Source: Gemmatimonadota bacterium | Lineage (GTDB): Bacteria > Gemmatimonadota > Gemmatimonadetes > Longimicrobiales > RSA9 | Assembly (NCBI GenBank): GCA_040882575.1 | Contig: JBBEBA010000053.1 | Coordinates: forward strand, 25,534 to 89,533 | Length of the DNA: 64,000 nucleotides | Reading direction: 5' to 3' | In this document: positions 44,030-52,325 of the stretch, one piece after another | Layout of the letters: the number at the start of each line of letters is the position of its first letter | Position numbering within the stretch: position 1 is the stretch's first letter | Notes under the pieces: generated by a model | What the model saw: the letters and a program-made list of their open reading frames with translations, nothing else | Told to the model about the DNA's origin: nothing | Databases searched by the model: none | Program-made: the position numbers and the translations under genes

Positions 44030-44704
44030 TCACATGACCATGCCCATCTGGATCAGGTAGTACTCCGCCATTGCGAGAAGGATCACGGCGGCGATCCGCT
44101 TCATCCAGATCAGCCACGGCCCGGAGCGGGGAAGACGAGCCAGCGTGCCGGAGAACAGGCCGACCACTACGAGCAGCGCGGTCATGCCCAGCGAGAAGAC
44201 GAAGAGGTAGAGGAACCCGAGGGCGCCGCTGCCGGTCGTGGAGACCCAGGTCAGCACTGCCGCGAACGCGGGCGCGCCGCACGGCGCCGCCACGATACCC
44301 GACGTCGCGCCCAGCAGGAACACGCCCGGGTAGGAGCCGCCGCCCAGCCCTGTCGCCCATGCCGTCAGCCGCCGTGGCGCCGTGACCGGGAAGACGTCGA
44401 GCATGGCGAGTCCGAAGATCAGCAGCAGGTTGGCGATCGCGAAACGCGCCCACGGATTGGCCGAGATCGTACCGAATAGCGTGCCCGTCAGGCCCGCGAT
44501 TAGTCCGAGCGTGGCGTACAGCAGTGCGAGACCCAGCACATACGTCAGCGTCAGCCCCAGCGTCCGCCACCGCGACGACGCTTCTCCCGCCGTGCCCGCG
44601 ATCACGCCCGCCGTAATGGGGATCATCGGGTAGATGCACGGTGTCAGGCTCGTCAGAACACCGGCGCCGAACAGCGTGGCTGCCGCCCACACCGGCCGCT
44701 CCAT
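44030..44704 (-). CDS. ccdA: CcdA/DsbD-family transmembrane electron transporter (second copy)
   Basis: Starts at the ATG at 44704 within ORF 44030..44785. GVLTSLTPCIYPMIPITAG and GIVAAPCGAPAFAAVL are present. The upstream part of the ORF is only a translation of the repeat array. Confidence 0.85.
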   Translation of the reverse strand: MERPVWAAATLFGAGVLTSLTPCIYPMIPITAGVIAGTAGEASSRWRTLGLTLTYVLGLALLYATLGLIAGLTGTLFGTISANPWARFAIANLLLIFGLAMLDVFPVTAPRRLTAWATGLGGGSYPGVFLLGATSGIVAAPCGAPAFAAVLTWVSTTGSGALGFLYLFVFSLGMTALLVVVGLFSGTLARLPRSGPWLIWMKRIAAVILLAMAEYYLIQMGMVM

Positions 44705-44730
44705 CAGTAGCTCCAAGGAGCCCCCCCTCA

Positions 44731-44817
44731 ACGTCGACGTGAACGACGTGAAACGTGAAGCGTAAAACGTAAACGTACGTTTCACGTCTCACGTTTCACG
44801 TTTCACGTTTCACGCTG
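44731..44817. repeat. Inverted heptamer arrays (ACGTGAAR-type units / ACGTTTC-type units), ~87 bp imperfect palindrome
   Basis: Read directly: acgtcgacgtgaacgacgtgaaacgtgaagcgtaaaacgtaaacgt followed by acgtttcacgtctcacgtttcacgtttcacgtttcacgctg. It lies between the lipoprotein stop (44819) and the ccdA start (44704). Confidence 0.9.
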
Positions 44818-44818
44818 T

Positions 44819-45178
44819 TCATTGCAGTCGAAGATACGGCCGCCACTCACCCGCGCCGACCTGCGCGTAGAGCCTGTCGTACGGCTCGGCCTCGCCGCGC
44901 ACCGCGTACAGCGGTGTGTCGCCGCCGTTGCCGACCGGTACGAGCACCGCGTCGGGAATCTTTTCCACCGGCAGTGACGGCATCCAGTTGCGTCCGGCTG
45001 CGGCGACGGGCCGGTCGCCGGGCGTCGCCTCGTAGACGGGGTAGCTGTAGGTGCGGTGCCGCGCCTCTTCCAGCGGCAGGTTCCGGTCGGGCAGACCATT
45101 GTCCCTGCACGCCGTCAGTCCCACGACAGTCATGACGCCGACCACGCACAGCCGGACCGTTCTGCGACCTGGCTTCAT
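44819..45178 (-). CDS. Small lipoprotein, unknown function
   Basis: GGAGG lies 5 nt upstream of the ATG at 45178. The N-terminus is MKPGRRTVRLCVVGVMTVVGLTACRDNG (lipobox). Confidence 0.6.
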   Translation of the reverse strand: MKPGRRTVRLCVVGVMTVVGLTACRDNGLPDRNLPLEEARHRTYSYPVYEATPGDRPVAAAGRNWMPSLPVEKIPDAVLVPVGNGGDTPLYAVRGEAEPYDRLYAQVGAGEWRPYLRLQ

Positions 45179-45269
45179 TCGTTCCTCCGATTGACTCACC
45201 GTTTGCATCCCTCCATTCTTCTGCCGCCGCGCCGCGGCGTCCACGCTCATTCGCCGGAGGCCCCATTTG

Positions 45270-45749
45270 ATGCGGATCGTGCTCGACCCCGTGCCCCTCG
45301 TCCTGGGCATCTACGCGTACGTTGGCGAGCTACTGTCGCGCACAGCCGAAAAGCGCGAGGATGACTCGGCCGAGGCGCTCGGTCGCCGCCTCTCCCGCCA
45401 GCGCGCCGCCGCCGGCGATCGCGATGCTCAGCGAATGGTCCGCGCGCTGCACGCGGACGTCAAGACGGCTGACAAGCTGCTCAAGAAGACGTCGGACGTG
45501 TGGAAGATATCGCAGGAAACCGACCTCGTCGACCTCGTCATCGTGCCGCGCGGCGAAGAGCAGACGCCCAGGGCATACGTGCTGCTGAAGCCCAGGGAGA
45601 TCCGGCCGCTGCTCGAGTCCATCCGCGCTGCCGCGGCCGGCGCCGGCGAGAGCGCAGCGACCCTGGCCGAGCTCGATCTGGCGATCGAGGGCGTTGACGG
45701 CAAGCCGAGCGATTACCTCACGTTCGGCTTCGATCCCTGGCAGGGTTGA
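45270..45749 (+). CDS. Hypothetical protein
   Basis: 159 aa with non-shadow composition (DVKTADKLLKKTSDVWKISQETDLVDLVIVPRGEEQTPRAYVLLKPREIRPLLESI). I recognise no family. Confidence 0.5.
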   Translation: MRIVLDPVPLVLGIYAYVGELLSRTAEKREDDSAEALGRRLSRQRAAAGDRDAQRMVRALHADVKTADKLLKKTSDVWKISQETDLVDLVIVPRGEEQTPRAYVLLKPREIRPLLESIRAAAAGAGESAATLAELDLAIEGVDGKPSDYLTFGFDPWQG

Positions 45750-45751
45750 GC

Positions 45752-46879
45752 TCAGCGCTTCAACGCCTTCAGCAGCGCTTCGCCGACCGCTTCGATCTGC
45801 CACCTGCGCAGGTCAGGCACCTCCGCCAGCTCGGCCAGGTCATTCGGCCGCCGCCGCGCGACTGCCTCCAGCTGATGGCGCGGCATCAGAAAGCCGCGGT
45901 CCAGCCCGAGAACTTGCGCCGCCGCATCCCGCGCCCGTTTGAGCCGCTCGACGTTCTCGTCCAGCTCCGCATCCGGTGGCGGCCGCCGTGCTCCGCGTAC
46001 CCGCTGCGGCAGCTCGTCCTCCGGCAGTGCGAGCGCCCGCTGCACGCCTGCGAGCAGGTCCGTGCCGTGCCGGTCAGCGATCGACGGCGGGAGGCCGGGC
46101 AGTCCCGCGAGCTCGTCCGCGTGCTCCGGCAGCCTGCGCGCGACCGCGATGAGAACATCGTTGCCGATGATGCGGAACGCTGCTGTGTCGCGCCGCTCCG
46201 CCACCTGCTCCCGCCAGTGGTACAGCTCGCGTAGCGCGGCCAGCTGGAGCGGCGTCAGGTCGCGCGTGTTCTTTACCCGTGTGTAACCCTCGATCGGCGC
46301 CTCGCCGTTGGTCTCCCAGCGCGCATGCTCGCGCAGCTCGAACTCCTCCTCCGCCCAGTGCAGCCGGTTCAGCTTCACCAGCTCCGCCTTCAGACGATCC
46401 CGCAGTGGCGGCAGGTGTCGCGTGTCTTCGGCCGCGTATGCCAGCATGTCCGCGGGCAGCGGCCGCTGCGCCCAGTCCGCGCGCTGATGCTTCTTGTCGA
46501 GCTTCAGGCCGAGAAACTTCTCCACGAGCGCACCCAGCCCGAACGCCGGTTCGCCCAGCAGCTGCGCGGCCAGCTTCGTGTCGAACAGGCCGCGGACGCG
46601 GATCTGGTAATCCCTGTGAAGCAGGCGCAGGTCGTAGTCGGCATCGTGCAGGATCACCTCGCGCTCGTCGCCCGCGAACAACGGCGCAAGCGCCGTCAGA
46701 TCCCTGATCGTGAGCGTGTCCACCAGGAAAGTGCGGTCGCGCGTGGAGAGCTGCAGCAGACAGATCCGGTCGTGGTAGCGGTGATAGCCGGCGGCTTCCG
46801 TGTCCGCCGCGAACAGATCTGTTTCCGAGAGCGCGGCCGCCACCGCCGCCACATCCTCTTCGTTCCGGATATACTCCAT
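45752..46879 (-). CDS. rnd: Ribonuclease D
   Basis: Starts at the ATG at 46879. The DEDDy exonuclease motifs are FAADTEAAGYHRY, ILHDADYDL and YAAEDTRHL. An HRDC-like C-terminus follows. Confidence 0.85.
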   Translation of the reverse strand: MEYIRNEEDVAAVAAALSETDLFAADTEAAGYHRYHDRICLLQLSTRDRTFLVDTLTIRDLTALAPLFAGDEREVILHDADYDLRLLHRDYQIRVRGLFDTKLAAQLLGEPAFGLGALVEKFLGLKLDKKHQRADWAQRPLPADMLAYAAEDTRHLPPLRDRLKAELVKLNRLHWAEEEFELREHARWETNGEAPIEGYTRVKNTRDLTPLQLAALRELYHWREQVAERRDTAAFRIIGNDVLIAVARRLPEHADELAGLPGLPPSIADRHGTDLLAGVQRALALPEDELPQRVRGARRPPPDAELDENVERLKRARDAAAQVLGLDRGFLMPRHQLEAVARRRPNDLAELAEVPDLRRWQIEAVGEALLKALKR

Positions 46880-47024
46880 GCCACGTCCCGGCCGCAGGCG
46901 CGAATTTCGCAACATCCGGTCGTTTGCGCCGAACGTCGCTCACCCCTAGGATGACCCGACACAATCGCCGACTCTGTCGCCCGCGTCAACAGAATGCGAC
47001 CGGGGGAGCTACCGAGGGAATGAA

Positions 47025-48437
47025 GTGCGAACCAAGATCGTAGCCACCATAGGTCCTGCCACTGCCGCGCTCGACCGCATTCACGCCCTCGCTGAGCTCG
47101 GCGTGGACGTGATCCGGCTGAATTTTGCTCACGGCACGCACGAGTCTCACCGCGAGGTCATCGAATGGGTCCGCGATGCCAGCCGCGAGATCGGCAAGCC
47201 GATGGCCATCCTCGCCGACCTCGCCGGTCCCAAGATCCGCATCGGCGATCTGCCCGAGCCCATCAACCTGCACGACCGCAACACGGTCGTGCTCACGCCC
47301 GAGGAGATCGCGACCGGTGACGAGATCCCCACCACGTACGCCGGCCTCTCCCGCGACGTCTCCGTCGGCAACCGCGTCCTGCTCGATGACGGCCTGATGG
47401 AGCTGCGCGTCGTCGCCGTCGATGCGCCGCGCGTCAAGTGCCTCGTCATACGGGGCGGCCTGCTGCGCGAGCACAAGGGCATGAACCTGCCCGGCATCCG
47501 CGTCAGTGCGCCCGCGCTTACGGAGAAGGACATTGCCGACCTCGCGTTCGCTCTGTCTCAGGATGTCGACTACATCGGCCTGTCCTTCGTGCAGACGCCT
47601 GACGACCTGCGCGACCTGCGGGGCCGCCTCACCGGCGGCGCCCTGATTGTCGCGAAGATCGAGAAGGATACGGCGATGGAGAACATCGAGCCGATCCTGG
47701 CCGCGACCGACGCCGTCATGGTCGCGCGCGGCGACCTCGGCGTCGAGATGCCGTTCGAGCAGGTGCCGATCGCGCAGAAGCGCATCATCCAGCTCGCCAA
47801 CCTGTATGGCCGGCCCGTCATCACCGCGACCCAGATGCTCGAGTCGATGATCGAGTATCCGCGACCCACGCGCGCCGAAGCGAGCGACGTCGCCAACGCG
47901 CTTTTCGACGGCACGGACGCCGTCATGCTGTCCGGCGAGACCGCGGCGGGCAAGTATCCGTTTCTCGCCGTCGAGGCGATGGTCCGCATCGCCGGCGAGA
48001 TCGAGCGGACCAGCGCTTTCGACGAGGGGCCGAAGTACGACGTGCCGATGCTGCACCGTCTGCGCATCGGCGCCACGCCGACCGAGCATGCGATCGCCGC
48101 GGCGACCGTCGAGGCCGTCCGCCTGCTCGGTGCGCCCGCCGTGGTCACCTTCACGACGACCGGCGGCACGACGCGTCTCGTCTCCAGCTACCGTCCGCCC
48201 GTCCCGATCATCAGTGTCACGGACCAGCTCAAGACATGGCGCCAGCTCGCGCTCGTCTGGGGCGTGCAGCCCGTGCTGTGCACGCGCGAGGTCAATTACG
48301 AGAACATGCTCGATACCGCTCGCCAGTACCTGATCGCCAACCGCATCGCGCAGCCTGGCCAGCGGTTCGTCGTTACAGCGGGCATCCCGTTCCATGTGCG
48401 CGGAACCACCAACATGTTGAGGATCGAGGAGCTTTGA
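47025..48437 (+). CDS. pyk: Pyruvate kinase
   Basis: 470 aa with a GTG start: RTKIVATIGPA, IRLNFAHG, LADLAGPKIR, MVARGDLGVE, ATQMLESM. Confidence 0.93.
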   Translation: MRTKIVATIGPATAALDRIHALAELGVDVIRLNFAHGTHESHREVIEWVRDASREIGKPMAILADLAGPKIRIGDLPEPINLHDRNTVVLTPEEIATGDEIPTTYAGLSRDVSVGNRVLLDDGLMELRVVAVDAPRVKCLVIRGGLLREHKGMNLPGIRVSAPALTEKDIADLAFALSQDVDYIGLSFVQTPDDLRDLRGRLTGGALIVAKIEKDTAMENIEPILAATDAVMVARGDLGVEMPFEQVPIAQKRIIQLANLYGRPVITATQMLESMIEYPRPTRAEASDVANALFDGTDAVMLSGETAAGKYPFLAVEAMVRIAGEIERTSAFDEGPKYDVPMLHRLRIGATPTEHAIAAATVEAVRLLGAPAVVTFTTTGGTTRLVSSYRPPVPIISVTDQLKTWRQLALVWGVQPVLCTREVNYENMLDTARQYLIANRIAQPGQRFVVTAGIPFHVRGTTNMLRIEEL

Positions 48438-49234
48438 GGCTGCGGTTCCTGGGAACCGGCACTTCGTTCGGCGTCCCCGTCATCGGCTGCGGCTGCGACG
48501 TCTGCACCTCGACTGACCCGCGCGACCGCCGCACCCGCCACGCTGCGTGCATCGAAAGCGACGACGGCCGGAACCGCATCCTGATCGACACTCCGCCCGA
48601 GCTGCGGCTGCAGCTCCTCGCCGCCGACATCGACCACATCGACGCGGTCTGGTTCACGCACGATCACGCAGACCACACTCACGGCATCGATGATCTGCGT
48701 GTCTTCTCCGCGCGCCTGCGCCAGCACGTCGCCGCGTTCGCCGATCCGGTCACGGCCGCGTCATTGCGCCGCAAGTTTACCTACATCTTCGATCCCGACT
48801 ACCACCCGCCCGACGGCACGACCCGCCCCGAGATCCGCATGACCGAGTTCGACCCTGTGGCCGCCATCACCGTTGCGGGGGTCCGCATGCAGCCGCTCGA
48901 GCTGCCGCACGGCGATGTCCACGTCTACGGATTCCGCACCGGCGACCTCGGCTACGTCACCGATGCCAAGATCATCCCCGCTGCGGCACGGATCGCGCTG
49001 AGCAATGTCCGCGTGCTGGTGATCAATGCGCTCTGGTTCGGCCACCCGCACCCGACCCATTTCAATGTGGAGGAGGCAGTGGAGACCGCGCGCGAGATCG
49101 GCGCAGAACGCACCTACCTGACGCACCTGACTCACCGCGTGCTTCATGCCGCGCTCGCGGCTGCACTGCCACCCGGCATCGAGCCGGCCTGGGACGGACT
49201 CGTCGTGGACATTCCATCTGAAGGGCTGCCATGA
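48434..49234 (+). CDS. MBL-fold metallo-hydrolase (PhnP/GPMBL-like)
   Basis: The probable TTG start at 48434 overlaps the pyk stop. LRFLGTGTSFGVPVIGCGCDVC and WFTHDHADHTHGIDDL are present. Confidence 0.75.
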   Translation: MRLRFLGTGTSFGVPVIGCGCDVCTSTDPRDRRTRHAACIESDDGRNRILIDTPPELRLQLLAADIDHIDAVWFTHDHADHTHGIDDLRVFSARLRQHVAAFADPVTAASLRRKFTYIFDPDYHPPDGTTRPEIRMTEFDPVAAITVAGVRMQPLELPHGDVHVYGFRTGDLGYVTDAKIIPAAARIALSNVRVLVINALWFGHPHPTHFNVEEAVETAREIGAERTYLTHLTHRVLHAALAAALPPGIEPAWDGLVVDIPSEGLP

Positions 49235-50625
49235 GTGATCGTCTCGTACTCGACTACACGCGCATGATGCAGACGGGCGGCGGACCGCACGGGGTTCCCG
49301 CAGCAGCCATCGACCGCCTCGCCGCCGGGTTTGCCGAGCTTCACGCCGGCATCGAGCAGCGCCGGTCCGCCGGACGCCTCGGCTTTTTCGATCTGCCGTA
49401 CGAGAGTGACATCGTCGAACGCATCCGCGGCTTTGCCGACGGGCTCGGCCAGGCGTTCGACACGGTGGTCGTGCTCGGCATCGGCGGCTCGGCGCTCGGC
49501 ACGATCGCGCTGCAGAACGCGCTGCTGCGACCCCACTGGAACGAGCTCGACGATGAAGCGCGCGACTACTTCCCGCGCCTCTACGTCCTCGACAATGTCG
49601 ATCCATCCACGATCGGGCCGCTGCTCGAGCGTCTCGATCCGCGGCGCACGCTCTTCAACGTCATCAGCAAGTCCGGCACGACCGCCGAGACGATGGCGCA
49701 GTTCATGATCGTCCGCGAACGCCTGCGTCAGACCCTCGACGACGACGGCTACCGCGGTCACCTCATCTTCACGACCGACCCAGAGCGCGGCGTGCTCCGC
49801 CGCCTCGCCGACGCCGAAGGCATTGCCACGCTGCCAGTGCCGACCGCCGTCGGCGGCCGCTTCAGCGTGCTCTCAGCCGTCGGCCTGCTGCCCGCCGCAC
49901 TCGCCGGCATCGACATCGAGGCGCTGCTCGCCGGCGCTGCTGTCATGGACGAGCGCTGCCGTACTCCGGATCTCTCGCAGAACCCCGCAGCCATGTTCGC
50001 CGCGCTGCAGTACCTCGCCCACACGGAGCAGGGCGCACCGATCCACGTGATGATGCCGTACACCGATCGCCTCTACAGTGTCGCCGACTGGTTCAGGCAG
50101 CTGTGGGCGGAGAGCCTCGGCAAACGCCTCGACCTCGACGGCGCCGAGGTGTACCGCGGACCCACGCCCGTCACGGCGCTCGGCGCGACCGATCAGCACT
50201 CCCAGGTGCAGCTGTACATGGAAGGGCCGTTCGACAAGACCGTCACGTTCCTGACGGCCGGCCAGCTGCCCGTCGATCTCGCCGTGCCGCCCGTCTACGG
50301 CGACGTGGACGAGCTCGCCTATCTCGGCGGCCGCACGCTCGGTGAGCTGCTGAACGCGGAGCGCAATGCAACATCCGCGGCGCTCACGGAACGCGGCCGC
50401 ATGAACATGACCATCGAGCTCCCACGTATCGATGCCCACTGCGTCGGTCAGCTGCTGATGATGCTCCAGATCGCGACCGTCTATGCCGGCGCCCTGTACG
50501 GCGTGGACCCGCTCGACCAGCCGGGTGTCGAGCTCGGCAAGCAGCTCACGTACGGTCTCATGGGCCGTACCGGCTTCGCTCCCGCCGCCGGTGCTGCATC
50601 GGACGCCGCACGCGTGCTGCGATGA
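49231..50625 (+). CDS. pgi: Glucose-6-phosphate isomerase
   Basis: 464 aa: VVLGIGGSALG, FNVISKSGTTAET, GGRFSVLSAVGL, DQHSQVQLYMEG. Confidence 0.9.
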   Translation: MSDRLVLDYTRMMQTGGGPHGVPAAAIDRLAAGFAELHAGIEQRRSAGRLGFFDLPYESDIVERIRGFADGLGQAFDTVVVLGIGGSALGTIALQNALLRPHWNELDDEARDYFPRLYVLDNVDPSTIGPLLERLDPRRTLFNVISKSGTTAETMAQFMIVRERLRQTLDDDGYRGHLIFTTDPERGVLRRLADAEGIATLPVPTAVGGRFSVLSAVGLLPAALAGIDIEALLAGAAVMDERCRTPDLSQNPAAMFAALQYLAHTEQGAPIHVMMPYTDRLYSVADWFRQLWAESLGKRLDLDGAEVYRGPTPVTALGATDQHSQVQLYMEGPFDKTVTFLTAGQLPVDLAVPPVYGDVDELAYLGGRTLGELLNAERNATSAALTERGRMNMTIELPRIDAHCVGQLLMMLQIATVYAGALYGVDPLDQPGVELGKQLTYGLMGRTGFAPAAGAASDAARVLR

Positions 50626-51452
50626 TCGTCTATTCGAACGGGCGCTACCTGCCCGCCGCCGACGCCGTGATTTCCATCGAGGACCGCGGATTCCTGTACG
50701 GCGAAGGCGTCTTCGAGACTGCGCTCCTGCATGACGGCGGGTTCTTCCGCCTGCGCGAGCACCTCCAGCGCTTGGCAGCGAGCGCGACGATGCTGCGCAT
50801 ACCCGCACCGCCCCTCGATGACATCGTGCAGATCGTACGCTCCGTCGCGCAGAAGAACCAGTTGGTCGACGCGTCTCTGCGCATCACGCTGAGCCGCGGC
50901 CCAGACGGACCCGCGCTACTCGTCACAGCGCGCCCGCTCGATTCCGACTGGTCCCGTCGCGCCGCCGCCGGCTGGCGCATCATCACCGCTCGGACCCGCC
51001 GCCCGTCCACCGCCGCCATGCCGGCGCAGCTCAAGGCGCTCGGCCGCACCTACGCCCTGCTCGCACGCTTCGAAGCCGCTGACGCAGGCGCCGACGACGC
51101 GCTGCTCCTCACTGACGCCGGCGACGTCTGCGAGGGCCCGACCTGGAACGTCTTCTGGCGCACGGCCGACACACTCTTCACTCCCGCGCTCGAGGCTGGT
51201 GTGCTCGCCGGCGTGACCCGCAGAGCCGTGCTCGAGCTGGCTGCCACCGCCGGACTGCAGGTGCGCGAAGGCCTCTTTCCCCGGGCAGCCCTCGATTCAG
51301 CCGATGAGATGTTCGCGACCATGACCTCCGTCGGCCTGGTCACCATCCGGGCGCTCGACGGCCGCGGCCTCCATGCCGACGACGCCGCGCAGGCGATCCA
51401 GCCACTGTACCGCCGCCTCGTAGCCGCCGATTCCGCGACCGACCCTGTCTGA
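50622..51452 (+). CDS. Class IV (fold type IV) aminotransferase (BCAT/DAAT/ADC-lyase family)
   Basis: 276 aa: ISIEDRGFLYGEGVFET...LREHLQRL...KALGRTYALLA...EGPTWNVF. Confidence 0.8.
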   Translation: MIVYSNGRYLPAADAVISIEDRGFLYGEGVFETALLHDGGFFRLREHLQRLAASATMLRIPAPPLDDIVQIVRSVAQKNQLVDASLRITLSRGPDGPALLVTARPLDSDWSRRAAAGWRIITARTRRPSTAAMPAQLKALGRTYALLARFEAADAGADDALLLTDAGDVCEGPTWNVFWRTADTLFTPALEAGVLAGVTRRAVLELAATAGLQVREGLFPRAALDSADEMFATMTSVGLVTIRALDGRGLHADDAAQAIQPLYRRLVAADSATDPV

Positions 51453-51514
51453 GCCGGAACGGTTCCTGCATCCACTGACTGGTTTCCCGCTCGCCGCTTC
51501 ACCGGGGATGAATC

Positions 51515-52189
51515 GTGGAATTGCAACAGATCGAGTTGAACGAAGAACAGTTCAAGGCGAATCGGTTCGAGCTGGTCAGCCGGCTTGCCGACGATCTCGC
51601 CCACGAGATCAAGAACCCGCTCAATGCCATCGTCATCAACCTCGAGGTCCTCAGAGTCCGCGTCACGCGCGGCGATGAGAAGGGCGCCCTCGAGCGCGCC
51701 GCCGTCATCGAGCTCGAGGCCCGCCGCCTCCACGTGCTCGTGGACCGGATGCTCCAGCTGCTGCGGCCCGCTCGCGAAGAGGCCTCCGGCCTGGCTCTGG
51801 ATCAGGTGCTGGAGGAGATCCTGCCTCTCGTCGAGGCCCAGGCACGCATCGCGCGCAACCACTTCAGCAGCAGCTGCGCTGCCCCCGTTTTCGTACCCGT
51901 ACGCCGCGACGTGTTCAAGTTTGCCGCCCTCAACCTCTTCACCGCCGTCCACGTCAGACTCGGCGAAGGCGGCGGCAGCCTCGACATCGACTGCGTCGCC
52001 GACGCCGATTTCGTCAGGGTGAACGTACGCGCACTGCCGTTCGACGATGCGCCCGCGCTGCCTGCCCCCGATGCCGCCTTCGACCAGGCCGTTCAGGTGG
52101 CAGCTGGACTGCTGGCGCCGTGCGGCGGCCGCGTCCTGGTCGAGCCTGACGGTGCCGCCATCCTGCTGCCCCGCGGCGCCTCCGTCTGA
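51515..52189 (+). CDS. Sensor-less histidine-kinase-like protein with a degenerate ATP-binding domain
   Basis: 224 aa with a GTG start. The HisKA H-box is RLADDLAHEIKNPLNAIV. The N-box remnant is ALNLFTAV. No DxGxG (G1) or GxGLG (G2) motif is visible. There is no TM or sensor domain. Confidence 0.65.
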   Translation: MELQQIELNEEQFKANRFELVSRLADDLAHEIKNPLNAIVINLEVLRVRVTRGDEKGALERAAVIELEARRLHVLVDRMLQLLRPAREEASGLALDQVLEEILPLVEAQARIARNHFSSSCAAPVFVPVRRDVFKFAALNLFTAVHVRLGEGGGSLDIDCVADADFVRVNVRALPFDDAPALPAPDAAFDQAVQVAAGLLAPCGGRVLVEPDGAAILLPRGASV

Positions 52190-52325
52190 GCCGGGCTGGC
52201 CGCGGTGCTCGACCCGCGGTCGCCGCCCTGCCGGCCCTGCGCTTGACCCGCGGTCCCGTCCCGGACTAGACTTGGATGTGCGTGCCTGGAGCGCGGCGCC
52301 TTAAACATAGAAAAGACAATATCAT

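Noticed and set aside
44705-44785. The N-terminal extension of the second ccdA ORF (MKRTFTFYASRFTSFTSTLRGGSLELL) and the similar FTLHASRFTLHASRF peptide in ORF 25861..26550
   Set aside because: These are simply translations of the heptamer repeat arrays. The conserved CcdA sequence begins at the internal Met (44704).
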